A stretch of DNA of 64,000 nt from Catajapyx aquilonaris (taxonomy: Eukaryota), in NCBI GenBank assembly GCA_000934665.2, contig KZ538585.1:1-64000 (forward strand), in the 5' to 3' direction. A program made the translations under genes and the position numbers. Numbering within the stretch: position 1 is the stretch's first letter; every line of letters begins with the position of its first letter. Positions 13,349 through 27,039 of the stretch are shown here, piece after piece. The notes beneath the pieces were generated by a model, which worked only from the letters and a program-made list of their open reading frames with translations, was not told the DNA's origin and ran no database searches.

Positions 13349-14689
13349 GTGAGTGGCAGACGCTTTTCGGTTGACCCCGTTCTGCTGTCTGGAAGTCTCG
13401 GTGCAACTAAAAAGAAGATATTTTTTTTTTTAAATTGTGCTATGGTGTAATTATGACTGGATAATTTTTGCGAACTGTGATTCCGGCGTCACTGCAGCTA
13501 CGACTTTTTTTATTTAAAAAAAGCAAAAGACGACAACCGCCCGTGTGAATGTCATTCGCAAATTTGCATTTCCTCGGTGACAAAGCCACCATGAAATCAT
13601 CATCGTGCTTAAAAAATAACAATAATCGGCAGATAAAAATAATGTTGATGGCCTCTAGCTTGAGCCGCCCTTGACACTGTTTGCTATTTGCTGCACATCT
13701 GACCTCGGTTTGCGAAGAGTTAACCGGCCACTAACATTCTCTCACTTTGAACAAACGGCGATAACCGGAATTTTTTCGAGCCACTATTTTTAGCGAGCAA
13801 AATTCTTGCAAATTTTTTTTCCTCCGCGTACTTTTTCGGCATTTTCTGGCTCTCAAAAAATTTCGTGGGGGGGGAGTTGTTTTGGCGCCTTACCCTGAAC
13901 CCGATCTTGTGGAGACTTTTGTTGTGAGAGGAACATGAGACCCAAGTTTGTGCCAAAGAATGCGCCGTGTCGACAATCAAGGAAATGATGATGATGAAGG
14001 TCGCACGTCCCATAAGCATGAATCAGCTCCGGGGTTGAACTTAGGGTTCAACGATTGATAAGCAATCGGAATAAGAGTCGCATAACTATAATTTGTAGGA
14101 TATCTCTCTTGTTGACGCGGTGTTGTCCAGGTCTTTTCCGGAATAGTTAATCTGGGGTGATAAGGCGTGGCGTGACCGCGGTAGTACCACATCCCTCGCA
14201 TAGATGCTGCTACTCTCAGGGTACAGTGCTGGACATTAAAATGGTGTTGTACTGGTGGCGCCGGCAGCCGATCGCGGCAAAAATAGCGAATTCATGAAAA
14301 GTTGCCTCCGTATGACTCGATCGAAATGTAGGTTCGCTCTTTTGCCGATTTCGGCTCGTGGCGCCGTACGACACCATTAATGTCCAGCACTGTACTACAG
14401 TTCTGACAAAGTACAGTGGGTCAGCTGTAATTGAGTTGAGGGGGGACAAGAAGTACCTCCCCATCTTTGGACCCCTTGCAAAGTCTCCAGCTGTGTGTAT
14501 AGTGTTGGTGGTGGTGGTGGGGGAGGTCAACGTCCGTGGCTTTGGCAACTCCACTTCCGCATGGAGCAGCCGCCGATCGAAACTAGTGGTGCCGACGCCG
14601 ACGACGCCGGCTCCAAAACATGCCTCCAAAACCGGAAGCGCCCTTCTTTTTTCCTGGCCGAAAAAAAATCAAAGCCTTCTTATACTTAC

Positions 14690-14890
14690 CCCCCACCGAA
14701 AAATATAAAATAATAAAAAAATGGGAATCGACCAATATGGCTTGGCAGTGTCGAAATATGATGATTGTGCAACTTGGAGAGGGGGGGGTGGAAAAAGCGT
14801 CGGAGTGAACTTGGCGCGATGGGGACTTGCGATCGGTTGGGGTGCGAGGTCAGTGCTCCTGGAGCAGCTGACCTAGTTACTTTATACCCC
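14690..14890 (-). promoter_or_regulatory. Candidate antisense TATA promoter with an ATG-free first exon (~14856 to 14690)
   Basis: Minus strand: GGGGTATAAA (14890-14881), adjacent AACTAGGTCA (14878-14869) and donor G|GTAAGT (14689-14684). Confidence 0.35.
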
Positions 14891-15049
14891 TCTCTCGGAA
14901 GAACGGGGAAGGAAAGTTGAATGGGCGAAAGTTTTCATGCTGGAGATGAGCCGATAACAAAAAAGCTGTTCCGCACACTCTGCCATTTTTTTTATTTAGC
15001 ATTCGGGAAGGGGCGGCTGTCACTAAATACAGCAACGTCACACACACGC

Positions 15050-15585
15050 TTATTTTAACCTGCTACTCTTAGCCGTTATTAACATACCTGCTCATTTTAA
15101 ACAGCTACTTCAGCTATTATTAGCATGCCTGTTTATTTTAACCAGTTACTCTCAGCTGTTATTATAATGTACTTGTTTGTTTTAATCAGCTACTTTTAGC
15201 TGTTATCAACATCGACGTTTATTTTAACCAGTTACTCTCAGCTGTTATTGTTTACTTTAATCAGCTGCTTTTAGCTGTTATCAACATGCACGTTTATTCT
15301 GACTCGTTAGTCTTAGCCGTTAATAACATTGCTGCATAATTTAACCAGCTGTATGCAGCTGTTATTAACACGAACGTACCTGTTTATTTTAACAAGTTAC
15401 TCGTGTTATCAACGTGCCTGCTTATTTTAACCGGCTGCTTTTAGTTGTCATTAACATTTTAATCGGTGGTTACGTTTAACTGTTATTAACCTACCTGCTT
15501 ATTTTAATGGGCTACTTTTAGTTGTTATTAACAGAAGTACTTATTTTAACCAGTTATACGTTTAGCTGTTGTTAAAGTAGCTGTT
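15050..15585. repeat. Degenerate ~43-bp tandem repeat, about 12 units
   Basis: Unit approximately TTATTTTAACCAGCTACTTTTAGCTGTTATTAACATGCCTGC. Confidence 0.8.
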
Positions 15586-16866
15586 AGTGTCACGCCAGGC
15601 ACTTTTTGGATCCAAAATGGCGGGCGGCCGTGTCCGGTTGAATGTACCCTGCCGCACATGAGTTGGAAATGGGTGTGATGAATGTGACATTCTCCGAGTG
15701 CATGTGCGGTTGAGGGAGGGTAGTAGTAGGGGGGACATGATCCGGAAAAAAGTCATGAAGGAAGGAAGGGAGCGAAAGGGAAAGCGTGGAAAGTAGGCCA
15801 TGCTGCTGCAGAGAGGACAGCATGTGTAGTGAGGCAGGCAGGGCCCGTTTCGGACTCGCCTCCATGACTACTATACCACAACTACATTTCCCTTGCCCCT
15901 CCGACACCCCCCGCACATGCATGGATTACCAACCTTCTCTGGCCATTAATCATTTGGACTCTAAATGTTTCTTCTTTTTTTTTCTTTCCTTCCCAATTTT
16001 TTTTTTTCCTCCTCCACCATTTTTGTAACGGGAGGCGCTCTCACCAGACTTATTGTTGGTAGAGGTCACTTCGTGTCGTGCGGTTCTTGCGGTTCTTCTG
16101 AGGATTTCAATTTTTCGAGTTTTGGAAGCTGGAGAATCCGGTTTCTTCTGGAAGAGAGAGTGGGAGGGTGGGGAATCAGAATAAATTTGGCCGAATTTTG
16201 TATGTCACGTGCCACGTGCTATGCATGGTTGCAAGGTTAGCCCGAATTTCGCAAAATCAGTTCGTTGGTGGTATAATAAAAATGATCGTATTCCTGCCAA
16301 AATTTGCATCAAATGGTTGTCATACGCGTAATGATGATGAATATCATGCGACCATATGGCCAGTAATCAGGGCCTTGAACTATACACTTCAAGCGAGCTA
16401 CACTCGTTAGCGCAGTTTTATTGGACTTACACTTTCACCACATGATGAGAACGGGACTTGGGCATTATGTTGGCGACCGGGCAGTTGTAAACAGGAAAAA
16501 GGAGACAACTAAAAATGAGCGTGTACTCCATAAGTATGTATATCTCTGTACCCTGTACGTGCGATTGTGCCAGGAAACGCTGACCTCAATAGACTTGGCC
16601 CGAGTCTGCCAATTCGCTCCTGACATCTTGCGGTCACGATTTTTTCTCTCTCGCCAAGTTCTTTTTACCTGCCGCCGAAGCCGTGACACCAATACAACCG
16701 GGGCCGCCCTTGGGGCCGCCCTCTTCTTTTATATACTTTTCACGATAGGCAATAGGAGCGGCCTTGTAGGGGTCTCTAGTGACTCTCAGAGGTTGGATTA
16801 TACCCCATGAAGGCGAGATTTAATCCCAGCGTTTCCTCCCAGTATAATTCGCCATTAGCCACTTCA

Positions 16867-16952
16867 CAGGGTGGTACACCCACCAAGTACACAAGTAACA
16901 TCACGCTTTATACTGTACATTGGAGTGTGTGCTTGGTCAGTGAGCCACCCTG
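16867..16952. mobile_element. Tiny CAGGGTG...CACCCTG mariner-like MITE remnant
   Basis: CAGGGTGG...CCACCCTG-TA with imperfect inner arms (ACCAAGTACAC/GTGTGCTTGGT). Confidence 0.55.
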
Positions 16953-17262
16953 TACACCTCTTGTCCTGCCGTGAACCTGCGACCTTGCCAGGTTACGCCG
17001 TTTTCTTACGACAGTTGAAAGAGTGGAAGGAAAGGAAGGAAGCTATATAATGGATGGGCAACTTGCGTTACAGTAGGGGAGGCAGTGGGAGGTGAAAGGT
17101 CATTGGCGAGTGTGACCCACTTCTCGAGGGGGCTTAGGGGGGTCGGTAATGAACTTCGGTGTCACTCGCGGCTGGCTGGTCAGGATCGCCAGGCTGGAGA
17201 GTCACCAACATGTGCTCCTTGAAGGCTTCTGCTGAAGGTGAGCCACAACACTTCCTCGCTTG

Positions 17263-17796
17263 TGTATTGGCAGCCCTGAATGGTCAGGACCAATCAGAGC
17301 CCAGGGAACGATGGCTGCGACCAATAGGAGGAAATAATGAGCCGGTTAACTCGCACATGCGCAATCGCGGAAATGAGTAAGGTAGCACACATGAACTCAA
17401 ATTTGCCTCCGAGAGAGAGAATCCCTCCGTGTGACCGCCTTCACTTGTATTGGCAGCCCTGAATGGAATCAGAGGCACCTGCGACCAATAGGAGGAAAGG
17501 AGCCTAATGCGCATGCGCATGTTAACTCGCACGTGCGCAGTTGCGGAAGGGAAGGTGGTCACTCGAAGGGAGTGTCTCTTGGGAGGCTAATTTGAGCTTC
17601 AGGTCTGCTACCTTACTCATTTCCGCGAGTTAACCGGCGCATGCGTATTAGGCTAATTTCCTTCTATTCCCCTGCCTCTGATTGGTCCTGCTGACCATTC
17701 AGGGCTGCCAATACAAGTGAAGGTGGTCACTCTCGGAGGGATTCCCTCTCGGAGCCTAATTTGCTCTTCAGGTCTGCTACCTTACTCATTTCCGCG
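17263..17796. repeat. Composite repeat: about 1.5 forward and 1.5 inverted copies of a ~180-bp unit
   Basis: TGTATTGGCAGCCCTGAATGG lies at 17263 and 17446 and inverted near 17695-17715. GAAGGTGGTCACTC...CTTACTCATTTCCGCG lies at 17551 and 17719. Confidence 0.85.
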
Positions 17797-19119
17797 CCAG
17801 TACCGTGTGGTTCGTAACTATCTGTTCATATCGGAATGTCTCGGACACTGTTGTTACTTTTTTTATTATTTTGAAGGCAGTTGTACAGAATGTAATCCCA
17901 ATGCACGTCGGAAGGTCTGGCACTTGCCCTGGATTCTCTCACCTTATCATATCGGCCTGGAGGCCAGGTGGAGGGGGAGGGGGGGGGGGTTGTGTTGAAT
18001 GTGCAAAATGTAGGCAAGGCAGACTGGGTGTGGGGGAGGGGGAGAATCTGCAGGAAATTATACGTTGGAAAGACCCCCGGGTTGGTTTCGCAAGAGGCGG
18101 CAGATGTTGGGCGAACAACCTCATTATCTTTTGGGGTCAGCTTCTTTTACCCACCTGTTGGCACCACTGGGGCCCGCTTCCCTGATGACGTAATGGTTCA
18201 AGACGATGTTGATTGATTGACAGCTGTGTTCAATCAGTGCCGGGTGAAAGGTGTGTTGCGAAAAAATAATAATAACGCGAGAAACCAGTCCTAATAATTG
18301 GCATTCATTAATGGTTCCGTCTAATAAGACAGTTGCGTAATTCCGGGCCAGTAAACGAGGCTCCCGGTTGTCAAACCTGTCGTCCTTGGTTAGATATCGC
18401 TTGGTTTTTTTTTGCATGCGAATTGCATTATGCGGACAACTAACCCGACCGAGTCTGAGGTCAAGAGTGAGGCGGTCACACAGGGATGATTTTTAGAGAG
18501 AGAAAAAAAAATTTGCGTGGGAAATGGTAGCACCTGAGTGGAATTCAGAACGAGTTTTTTGTTTGCATGGATTGTGCTGAAAAAAATATAATTGGCGGTA
18601 AAAAAAAATTGTGAAGCGAGGAAATAATGCGTGTATAGATAAAAAAAAGCGACATGTACACATCCATTTGACCCACTTTCTATACTTGTCCACTCGCGAG
18701 TTGCAGTGCATATTTTTAATCGGAGCAAACGTGGCTTGTCCATTGCGAATTTATTGCAATAAGTACATTTTGCAAAAACGCACTTCATTATTTTTTTTTA
18801 AGAAACGTAAATCCACATCGCATATTATTACTATAGTTTCAACTGAAATGCCCGTTTCAGTCGCAGATTCTTCAAATTAATAACTTGCTGACATATTTTT
18901 CAGAATTAATGGCTTACGTACTTTGATAACCATTTAAACTTCTTCATAATAAGTAGCTTAAGTACCTTGATATGACGTCATATATCTGTGTTCCTATTGG
19001 AAATATTAATGGTTCGCTATTTTCGGCATGTATAGCTTCTTATTTTAAGCAGTCACTTTTCACAATATTAATATTCAACCATACATAAATCACCGCTAAT
19101 TGATATTTATTTATAGTTA

Positions 19120-19480
19120 TATTATGTTATAACAGCAATGGTTATTATAGTTAAATTCATAGTTTTGATAGTTATATCCATAGTTTTGATAGTTATATTC
19201 TTCGTTATTACATTAATAGCTTTATTAGCAATAGTTATAATAATTATAATAATGGTTATTACATTAATAGTTATTGCATGAATAGTCTTATTGATAAAAG
19301 TTTTATTAATAATAGTTATTACATTAATCGTTTTGTTAGTAATAGATATTACATTAATAGGTTTATTTTGGTACAGTAATAGATATTACATTAATAGGGT
19401 TATTTTGGTACAGTAATAGTTATAATCACTACTAGTTATAATGGTTATTCCATTGTTTTATTGGTAATAGTTGTAATTAG
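19120..19480. repeat. AT-rich low-complexity array (TAATAGTTATTACAT) with a 37-bp near-exact duplication
   Basis: AATAGATATTACATTAATAGG(T/G)TTATTTTGGTACAGT occurs twice at 19341-19414. Confidence 0.75.
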
Positions 19481-20774
19481 CTTCTTAGTATTAATCCGAA
19501 TTGAATTATCTGTTCGGGCTCTAAATTACCAATTTTCTATCAATGCGCATCGATCATTAATGATCGAACCTATTTTTAGCAACTTGAAAAAGGATAGGTC
19601 CACAAAACTTAATATAAACAGCTGTTATTTTTAGTATAACGAAAAGTAACTGCTTAAAAATAAGGCGAGCCGAAAATCTCTGTATGAATTTCGATCCGGA
19701 CAATTTGAAACGTGTCTGCCACAATATTAGCAACTTGATGTCGAAATTTTTGCAGTAATTTCAGTCTGAACAATGGCGGAGAAAGGTGTTTTTTTGCACC
19801 CTGGACGAACTGAATATCGACGTTGCCAGATTGCATCACCGGTCTTGAAGTGTCAAGTGAAGGAGAAAATTCGCCAAAAACCTCCCTTCGATTTCAGCGA
19901 CCAGAGTATTGGCGAGGACAAGTTCTCGATACTCGCTCAATTGTGGAAAAAAAAACTTCCCAAAAATAAGAAAAAAAATTTCACGACTCGGATTTTAGCC
20001 GCGAATAAGTGTCTCAATTATTCGGCCAATGCCTGCGGTTTTATTACCTTGCCGAAATAATTGCGCAATAATTTTTTGCGATACAGGGCTAGTTTTACAA
20101 AACAGCTAACTGTTAGATAAATGCGTAAACGAAGACTGTTGGTTAGAATGCGGCGTTTCCAGATTCATCCCCTACTAATTAATCGCTTTAATTGTTGGGG
20201 TAATTGGGCGTAAGTGTGGCAACGCACTGGTGCAATGAGAGTGGGGGGAGGGGGTTATAGTGAATGATTTTTTTTGCGTACTCCGCATGTTTCCAGCAGA
20301 GTGCCATAGGTCATGTCGAGACAGCTGGAGAGATCAATGGGAGGTTTGTGTGTGCGTAGGCATGGCAACAGCGCCGAATTGCGCAAACTGGGAAGCGGCG
20401 CATGCACGACACAAGAATTTTTTGCACTGCGCACCGCCAATTTTGCACGCACTGCATATAAAAAAAAAATATTCGCCATGGTACAAACGACGTGACCTGC
20501 CTCATGTATACTGGAAATGACAAACTTAATTTTTGTGCAAGAGTAAGTTTTTGCGATTTTTTTTTGGGGGGGGGGGGGCTTGCCACATTTGGCAACGCAC
20601 GATCTGGCCAAAAGCACTTTCTCTCCATGACCATTGCCATTTTGCCCGCATTCATCCGACGGCACGACCCGTGTCAAAGGTCACGTCGTGATCTGGGCGT
20701 GATGCGACATTTATTTACGTGCCCTGTAACTGTATAACCGGTAAATAATTCTTACTAACTGTTATAATTTATTT

Positions 20775-21020
20775 ACTAGCAGCAGATCCCGTTCTTCGTA
20801 CGGCCAAATTGTGCAAAATGGGTATGAAATAGCAAATATAGGTATGAAATGGACAAACTTTGCACATATTGTACAAGTACTAATTACTGTACAAAATTAG
20901 CTGGGCCCGATCCCGGACTGTCCACGTAGTACCATATCCCTCACGTAGATGGTGCACACTTCTGCGTACACTACCTGTCCGAACAGACAGAGTCACAGAC
21001 CCAAGCCAATTCTATATTGT
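20775..21020 (-). mobile_element. Non-autonomous Helitron-like element (family C)
   Basis: Starts ACTAG plus a small CCGT..ACGG hairpin (a CTAG 3' end on the minus strand). Ends GACAGAGTCACAGACCCAAGCCAAT, similar to sequence near 36846 and 40428. Confidence 0.5.
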
Positions 21021-22361
21021 TATCTCATTATCTCGCAATCTTACAATTCTGGTACAAGGCAAAGTTTTTTAATTAATTATTTTAGTGGGATAAAATTTTT
21101 GTGTTGACACGCAATTAGGGAATGTGTGGGCTAATTCTTACACTCCCACACAATCTCGTGTGTTAGCCAGTTACGTCGTATGCATGTGAAGCACGTGTGT
21201 TACGCACTTTTCATGCACGGAATGTTTATTTACTGCACCGGTGAATAAAGTGAGAGTAAAGTGCAAAAATCGCCATAATGCAAAAATAGAATTAGCAATA
21301 GGTCGGAGTTATTTTCTGCACACGCCAAAAAAAAGGCAGGCGTCCAATCGTCAGGGTTCATTGTCCTGTGTCCAAAGCTTGACCCCATCGATGCCCAACA
21401 GGTGGAGGAGTCCCCCCCATTGTGTGCGTGACGCATTTTGCACACTTTCTATTATTCACTCTCTATACACCCGCACCATCGCTTCTATTTTTTCTCTCTC
21501 AAATTTTTTTTTCGGGTGCACCCCTGTCCACGTGGGACCCCCAAACGACCCACCCCACCCAAAAAAAAAGCAAGGACAAAAGAATACCAGGAATGACCAG
21601 GTGATTCATGAGGGTCGTGAATAATCGGACGACCAATAATTCGGATCAATATTGGAAGGTGGAGTGCTGCTGGGATGGCATTTTTTTCTGCCAAACTGAA
21701 CGTGACATAGTTGGCAACACTGCCTACAGTTCCATAGTTGGCAAAATTTAAGAGAACTCGCAAAAAAAAAAAAATTAGATGCTAACAGGATAGTTCAATT
21801 CGGCAGAAACAGCCTTGCTGTGTGTGTCGCCTATCGTGCAGGATGATCCCGATGAAGACTTACCATGCAGGCTGTTATTTACGTAATGAAGTCAAATTCG
21901 CCATTGGAAATTGATGGTATCGCCACGAGCCGATGGCAGCGAAAGAGCTAATAGAAGTTATGAATAATTGGCAATAATTCGATCTTTTGCCGCCAACGAC
22001 TCTCGACGCCACCAGTACAACACCAGCACTGTGCTATTGCATGGTGCAACATTTGTTAATCCAGGTTAACATAACTTAATTCCAGGATTGGCTGCGTTAT
22101 AGTGATGCGCAGTGGGTTGAGTCCCTTTTAGTGTCTCACCCTGTACTTGGCCCCAATATATGAACCCAGAAAAACCGATGTAAGGTCAAGAATAAACCTG
22201 TTAATCTTCTAATCCTAGCCTTGGTTATCAGTAGCGGATAACTGCTGGGGTTAGTGTTTAACTAGCGGGTTTTACAGAAATCCCGTTGCGCACACTTTGA
22301 CCCTCACTCGTTTGTAATCGTCGCAGCTGGATGGATGGATGGACGGATGGGAAGGGGGGGN

Positions 22362-22612
<251 letters not shown>

Positions 22613-22996
22613 GGGAAAAAATTGCAATGAAATGGTGCACAGAGTTATTATTATAATTTTTGTAGCGTGTGTGCCAATTTTGGAGCTGTTCAAAAAGGTG
22701 AATTTGGGCTGGAAGGGAAATGAAAGGGTTTATTATTTTATATGGAAGGGAGGTTTGCGACACAAAACATTTTTTACTGCGAAGGTTTCACACCTCACCC
22801 GGTCGCCATTTTCACGGACGGTGCTGTGTATAGTTGAAGCCTCAGTTACTTGAGAGGAATCGAGGGCCTGCAGTTCCAGTTGACATGACGTGTCAGTGTC
22901 AGCAATTTTTTTGCAACAAGTTCTTCACTACTAAATGTATTAAATAAATGAATGTATTAAATTTATATATTAAATATATAAATATATAAATAACTA

Positions 22997-23090
22997 TCTA
23001 CATATATAAAAGGCAAAGTTTGTTGGTTTGTTTATCCAAATTTGCCAAGGCAGCAGGTATCCATGGCAACGCGTTGCCATGGAAACAGGC
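22997..23090 (+). mobile_element. Helitron-like 5' end fragment with a 24-bp perfect palindrome
   Basis: A|TCTACATATATAAAAGGCAAAGTTTGTTGGTTTG, then TCCATGGCAACGCGTTGCCATGGA at 23060-23083. Confidence 0.55.
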
Positions 23091-23562
23091 CGTGTGAGGA
23101 ATCATGGGCCTTTAACATATATAACATTTTAACATAAATCGACATTAAGTCGATTAATTAATTAATCTTATTCGTATTTATGTATTAATTTACTATATTT
23201 CTATTAATTTACTTTTAACTTCATATTTCTATTATTTACGGTATATAATATAAGTATAATAATTAATCGTAATTAATTAATAACTCGTTAAATTAAAAAC
23301 CGAAAATTACAAATAAAAATAAATTGCAAATACATGATTAAAAATTTTCTTGGTGGGGTGGGGTGCATCCCATTCTGCTCGCCATTTTTGGTCCATATTT
23401 ATTTATTTTATTTTATTTGTGTAAAAGATTTTTATTTTATGGCGAGGACGATACATGCTATTCGCCAGCCCCCCTTTTTTGTGTAACTTGTTTCCTTGGC
23501 AAGCTTGGCTGACCCCCAGACAGTCTCTCACAAGTGTATAGTGGGGGGGGGGGGGGGGGGGG

Positions 23563-23771
23563 NNNNNNNNNNNNNNNNNNNNNNNNNNNNNNNNNNNNNN
23601 NNNNNNNNNNNNNNNNNNNNNNNNNNNNNNNNNNNNNNNNNNNNNNNNNNNNNNNNNNNNNNNNNNNNNNNNNNNNNNNNNNNNNNNNNNNNNNNNNNNN
23701 NNNNNNNNNNNNNNNNNNNNNNNNNNNNNNNNNNNNNNNNNNNNNNNNNNNNNNNNNNNNNNNNNNNNNNN
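23563..23771. other. Assembly gap (209 N) flanked by poly-G
   Basis: Read directly. Confidence 0.99.
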
Positions 23772-24579
23772 GGGGGGGGGGGGGGGGGGCAGCCACGAAT
23801 CAGCCAATCAGCGGCCAAGATTGAATCACGTGACCAGAAAGGGTGCTAATATGACGGCGGACGGCGCAGAGCAAGGTGCCAATGGTGAAATTGTCCGACT
23901 GTGACTGTTGGCATCTTGCTCGACCCATCAGGTAAAAATTGCGACCAATCGGCTTGACCCACATATGTCGCAAATAAACTTGCGGAGATTAAGAAGGATA
24001 TTGACGCGAAAAACACAATCGCTTATTTGCGGTATTTGCGTCCCACTTTTTCGTAGCCAATATACTGATGGGTCACATATTAGGGTCGGAAGTGTCTCTA
24101 TCATTAGCGCAACCTTGATTTCGAGTGCAAAAGGACCCCAATAGCCCATAGCTGTTTATCTGAAGGGGGATACGATATGTGCATTTATTTGGGTCTAAAA
24201 ATATTAATCTCAAGCGGTGTTTGGTTGCAGTACAAAACTGGGGCAACTGCTGACGGATATGCTAAGCGAAGGAAAATAATTAATAAATGAAAAAAAAAAA
24301 AAAACTGTTGGTGAAGGACTGGATTAACTTGTGCGTCATTCAGTGGATCGAAGTGCTCGGGAATATTGTTACGCAAACAAACGATAAGACGCCTTCACAT
24401 GGCTTATACTCGGAATCATTCAGGCTAATTAGCCGCAGCCTGCACTCCCTATGTACAGTGTCAGCCACTGGGAAGAAAATAGTTCGACCTTTTGCCCTCG
24501 TGTACTCAACAAAAATGGGCCACGTTTTAAGCTCTGAAATATTAATCACAATAGTCCAACCGAATATTGCCAATATAGC

Positions 24580-25210
24580 CACTAAAATAACTACTGTAAG
24601 CGCAACTGTTCGAAAATAACCTGTTCGAAATAACTAGCGAAAGTGACTGGTTAAAAATAACTACTGGATATATCAGTTTAAAGCGACAACTGGAAATTTA
24701 ATATAAACTGTTTAGATAACTAATAAAACAATCCGTTTAGAATAGCTAGTGAAAATAAAAGGTTAAAAACAATACGTATAGATTAACTATAGGAAATAAT
24801 GTTTAAAATCCCTATTATAAACGCCATGTTTGCATAGCTATCGGAATTTACTGGTTTAAGTAACTATTGAAAATAATCCATTTAAAATAACAAGTGAAAA
24901 TAATCCATTTAAAATAGCAATTGAAAATAATCCATTTAAAATAACAATTGAAAATAATCCATTTAAAATAGCAATTGAAAATAATCAATTGAAAATAACA
25001 ATTGAAAATAATCCATTTAAAATAACTATTGGAAGTTGCTGACCAGTTTAAAACAACTAATGAAAATAATCCCTTTGAAATAACCATTACCAAAATAATA
25101 TAAACATGTTTGTATATAGCTATCGGAAGCAACTGGTTTAGTAACTATGAGAAATAATATGTTTAAAATAACTAGTGAAAATAACTGTTTTTTGCGCAGA
25201 CTGGTTGCTA
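24580..25210. repeat. AT-rich minisatellite with a homogeneous core of ~6 x 27 bp (24867-25030)
   Basis: Unit TTGAAAATAATCCATTTAAAATA(A/G)CAA; it explains the repetitive 'CYFKWIIFN' ORF. Confidence 0.9.
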
Positions 25211-27039
25211 TAAAATAGGAGCAACATAATTTTCTTAGCAGCCTCTTGGAATTTTTGGAGTGTGTATGAGTGTGCACCCACCCTTGTTGCAATGCACGAG
25301 CAACGTTAATAATTGCATTGTGCAATCATCAGGTATAGTGCCGACAGGCTATCCCACACCCCTTCTATAGATATGCGATCATAAAAAAGGAGGGGGGGGG
25401 GAGGGGAGCAGAATACAATGTTGCCATCAGTGGAGGTGTGTTGTTGAAGCTGGCAGCACGAGAGGCGTGAGAGCAATAAATTGATTACGAAACGAGCTAG
25501 GGCCTCGCTGGCGATAAAGGCCCCACCTCTGGCACATACACGGTTCGCCCAAATCAATTTATGGCCATCGGGACCTCGTTTGACCCACGCCCCACGTCAT
25601 GTCAACCCTAACATTTCGAAAATAAATTCGCGAATTATTTGAACTTGTGAAAATAATTCTTAGAATTATTATTGGAATGAGTCTGCTGTGCCTCTGTCCG
25701 GAGCGAGTCATCATCAGGCAATAGTGTGCGTCATCTATGTTAGGGATATGGTACTATGTGGGCAGTGTTGCCAACTAGTGTGCAATAAACTAAAATAATT
25801 TAAACTACCCCCCCAGCTGGCCCTTCCCCCAATAACGGGCAAAACTGGAGGGTTTTCCAAAGCCTAAATGGCGCGTATAAAATCTTTGCCGCTAAAAAGG
25901 GGGCTTGGCTTCTTCTTCTTGAAGGAAGAAGGTCAAAGACCTCCTTGGAATATAAATAAAAAAGGGAACTCTTGTTGGGGAGGGGGGGGGGGGGATTGAG
26001 TTTGTTTAGGGAACTGAAGACGGGCAGTAAAGATCGCCTGTCAGATACAAAGACGTCATTCTTGGTGCGAGTCTTTTTTCTCGCGTCGTTAGTATACCGT
26101 AACAACAGCGATGCGAGAGAAAAAAGGGGCTAAATTCCATTAGCAGCTGTGCTTTTCGACTCGTATAAATTTAGCAGCTACTTGATTAAGGCTGTTGTTC
26201 ATTTCAGCAGCGACATCGACATGCGAATGAAATATGCTAGAAACTAACAAAATGAATGCAAATAAATCGATGTAAAATTCAGGTACATAACATTACAGGT
26301 CGTTGCTTTTAATTTTATACCTATTTATACGCGCATTAAGGCTATGAATATGAAATTACGTAATCGATTAATTATTGTAGTAATACATCGACGAAGTTTT
26401 ATTCGAATAAAATAAAATGACACATGGTCGAGTGAAGCAAAATCGGACAAAATTAAAAATTAATTTAGGAACTTAGATGAACACGTAATAAATGAAATAT
26501 TCGCATAAATTGAAACCAGGAAATAATTTACAGGGCTTTTCAAAGGCTTATCATTTTAGAACACACAGGCTAACTATAATACACATTTCTTGTAGCTTTA
26601 ATAGTATAGGTGCTAATAATTCGTAGCTACAAATGGAAACCTGCTAATTAGAAAAACAGCTGTGCTTTATCGAGTGAAAAGACCTTGCGATCCGCTAGGA
26701 AGGCCTTGGGGGCCTAGAGGTATAGTGTGTACGTGCTGGCTGTATAGAGGAAGGGAGGTATTTGGGAGAGAAAGAATCGGGTTATATACTCGTCCTCTAT
26801 ACATTACTGCAATGTGCAGTGGTGGGGGCCGCATTCTTCCCCAATTTGGGCAGACCCGGGCCTTCTTCTTCTTCTCTCCTTATGCCCCCTCCCTCGCCCT
26901 TCCTTCCCCCTCCAGTATTTTTAGTGGCGATAAGCAAGTCGTTGACCCTTGGCGGCACACAGAAGGACGCTGAGGAGGGACTCACTCAACTCACGCAGCC
27001 TTGAATCAACCGCCATCATGCCATCATTCAACCTAATAC

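Noticed and set aside
14216..14708. Overlapping 116-137 aa ORFs on both strands
   Set aside because: No homology recognised; only the adjacent antisense promoter signals were retained.
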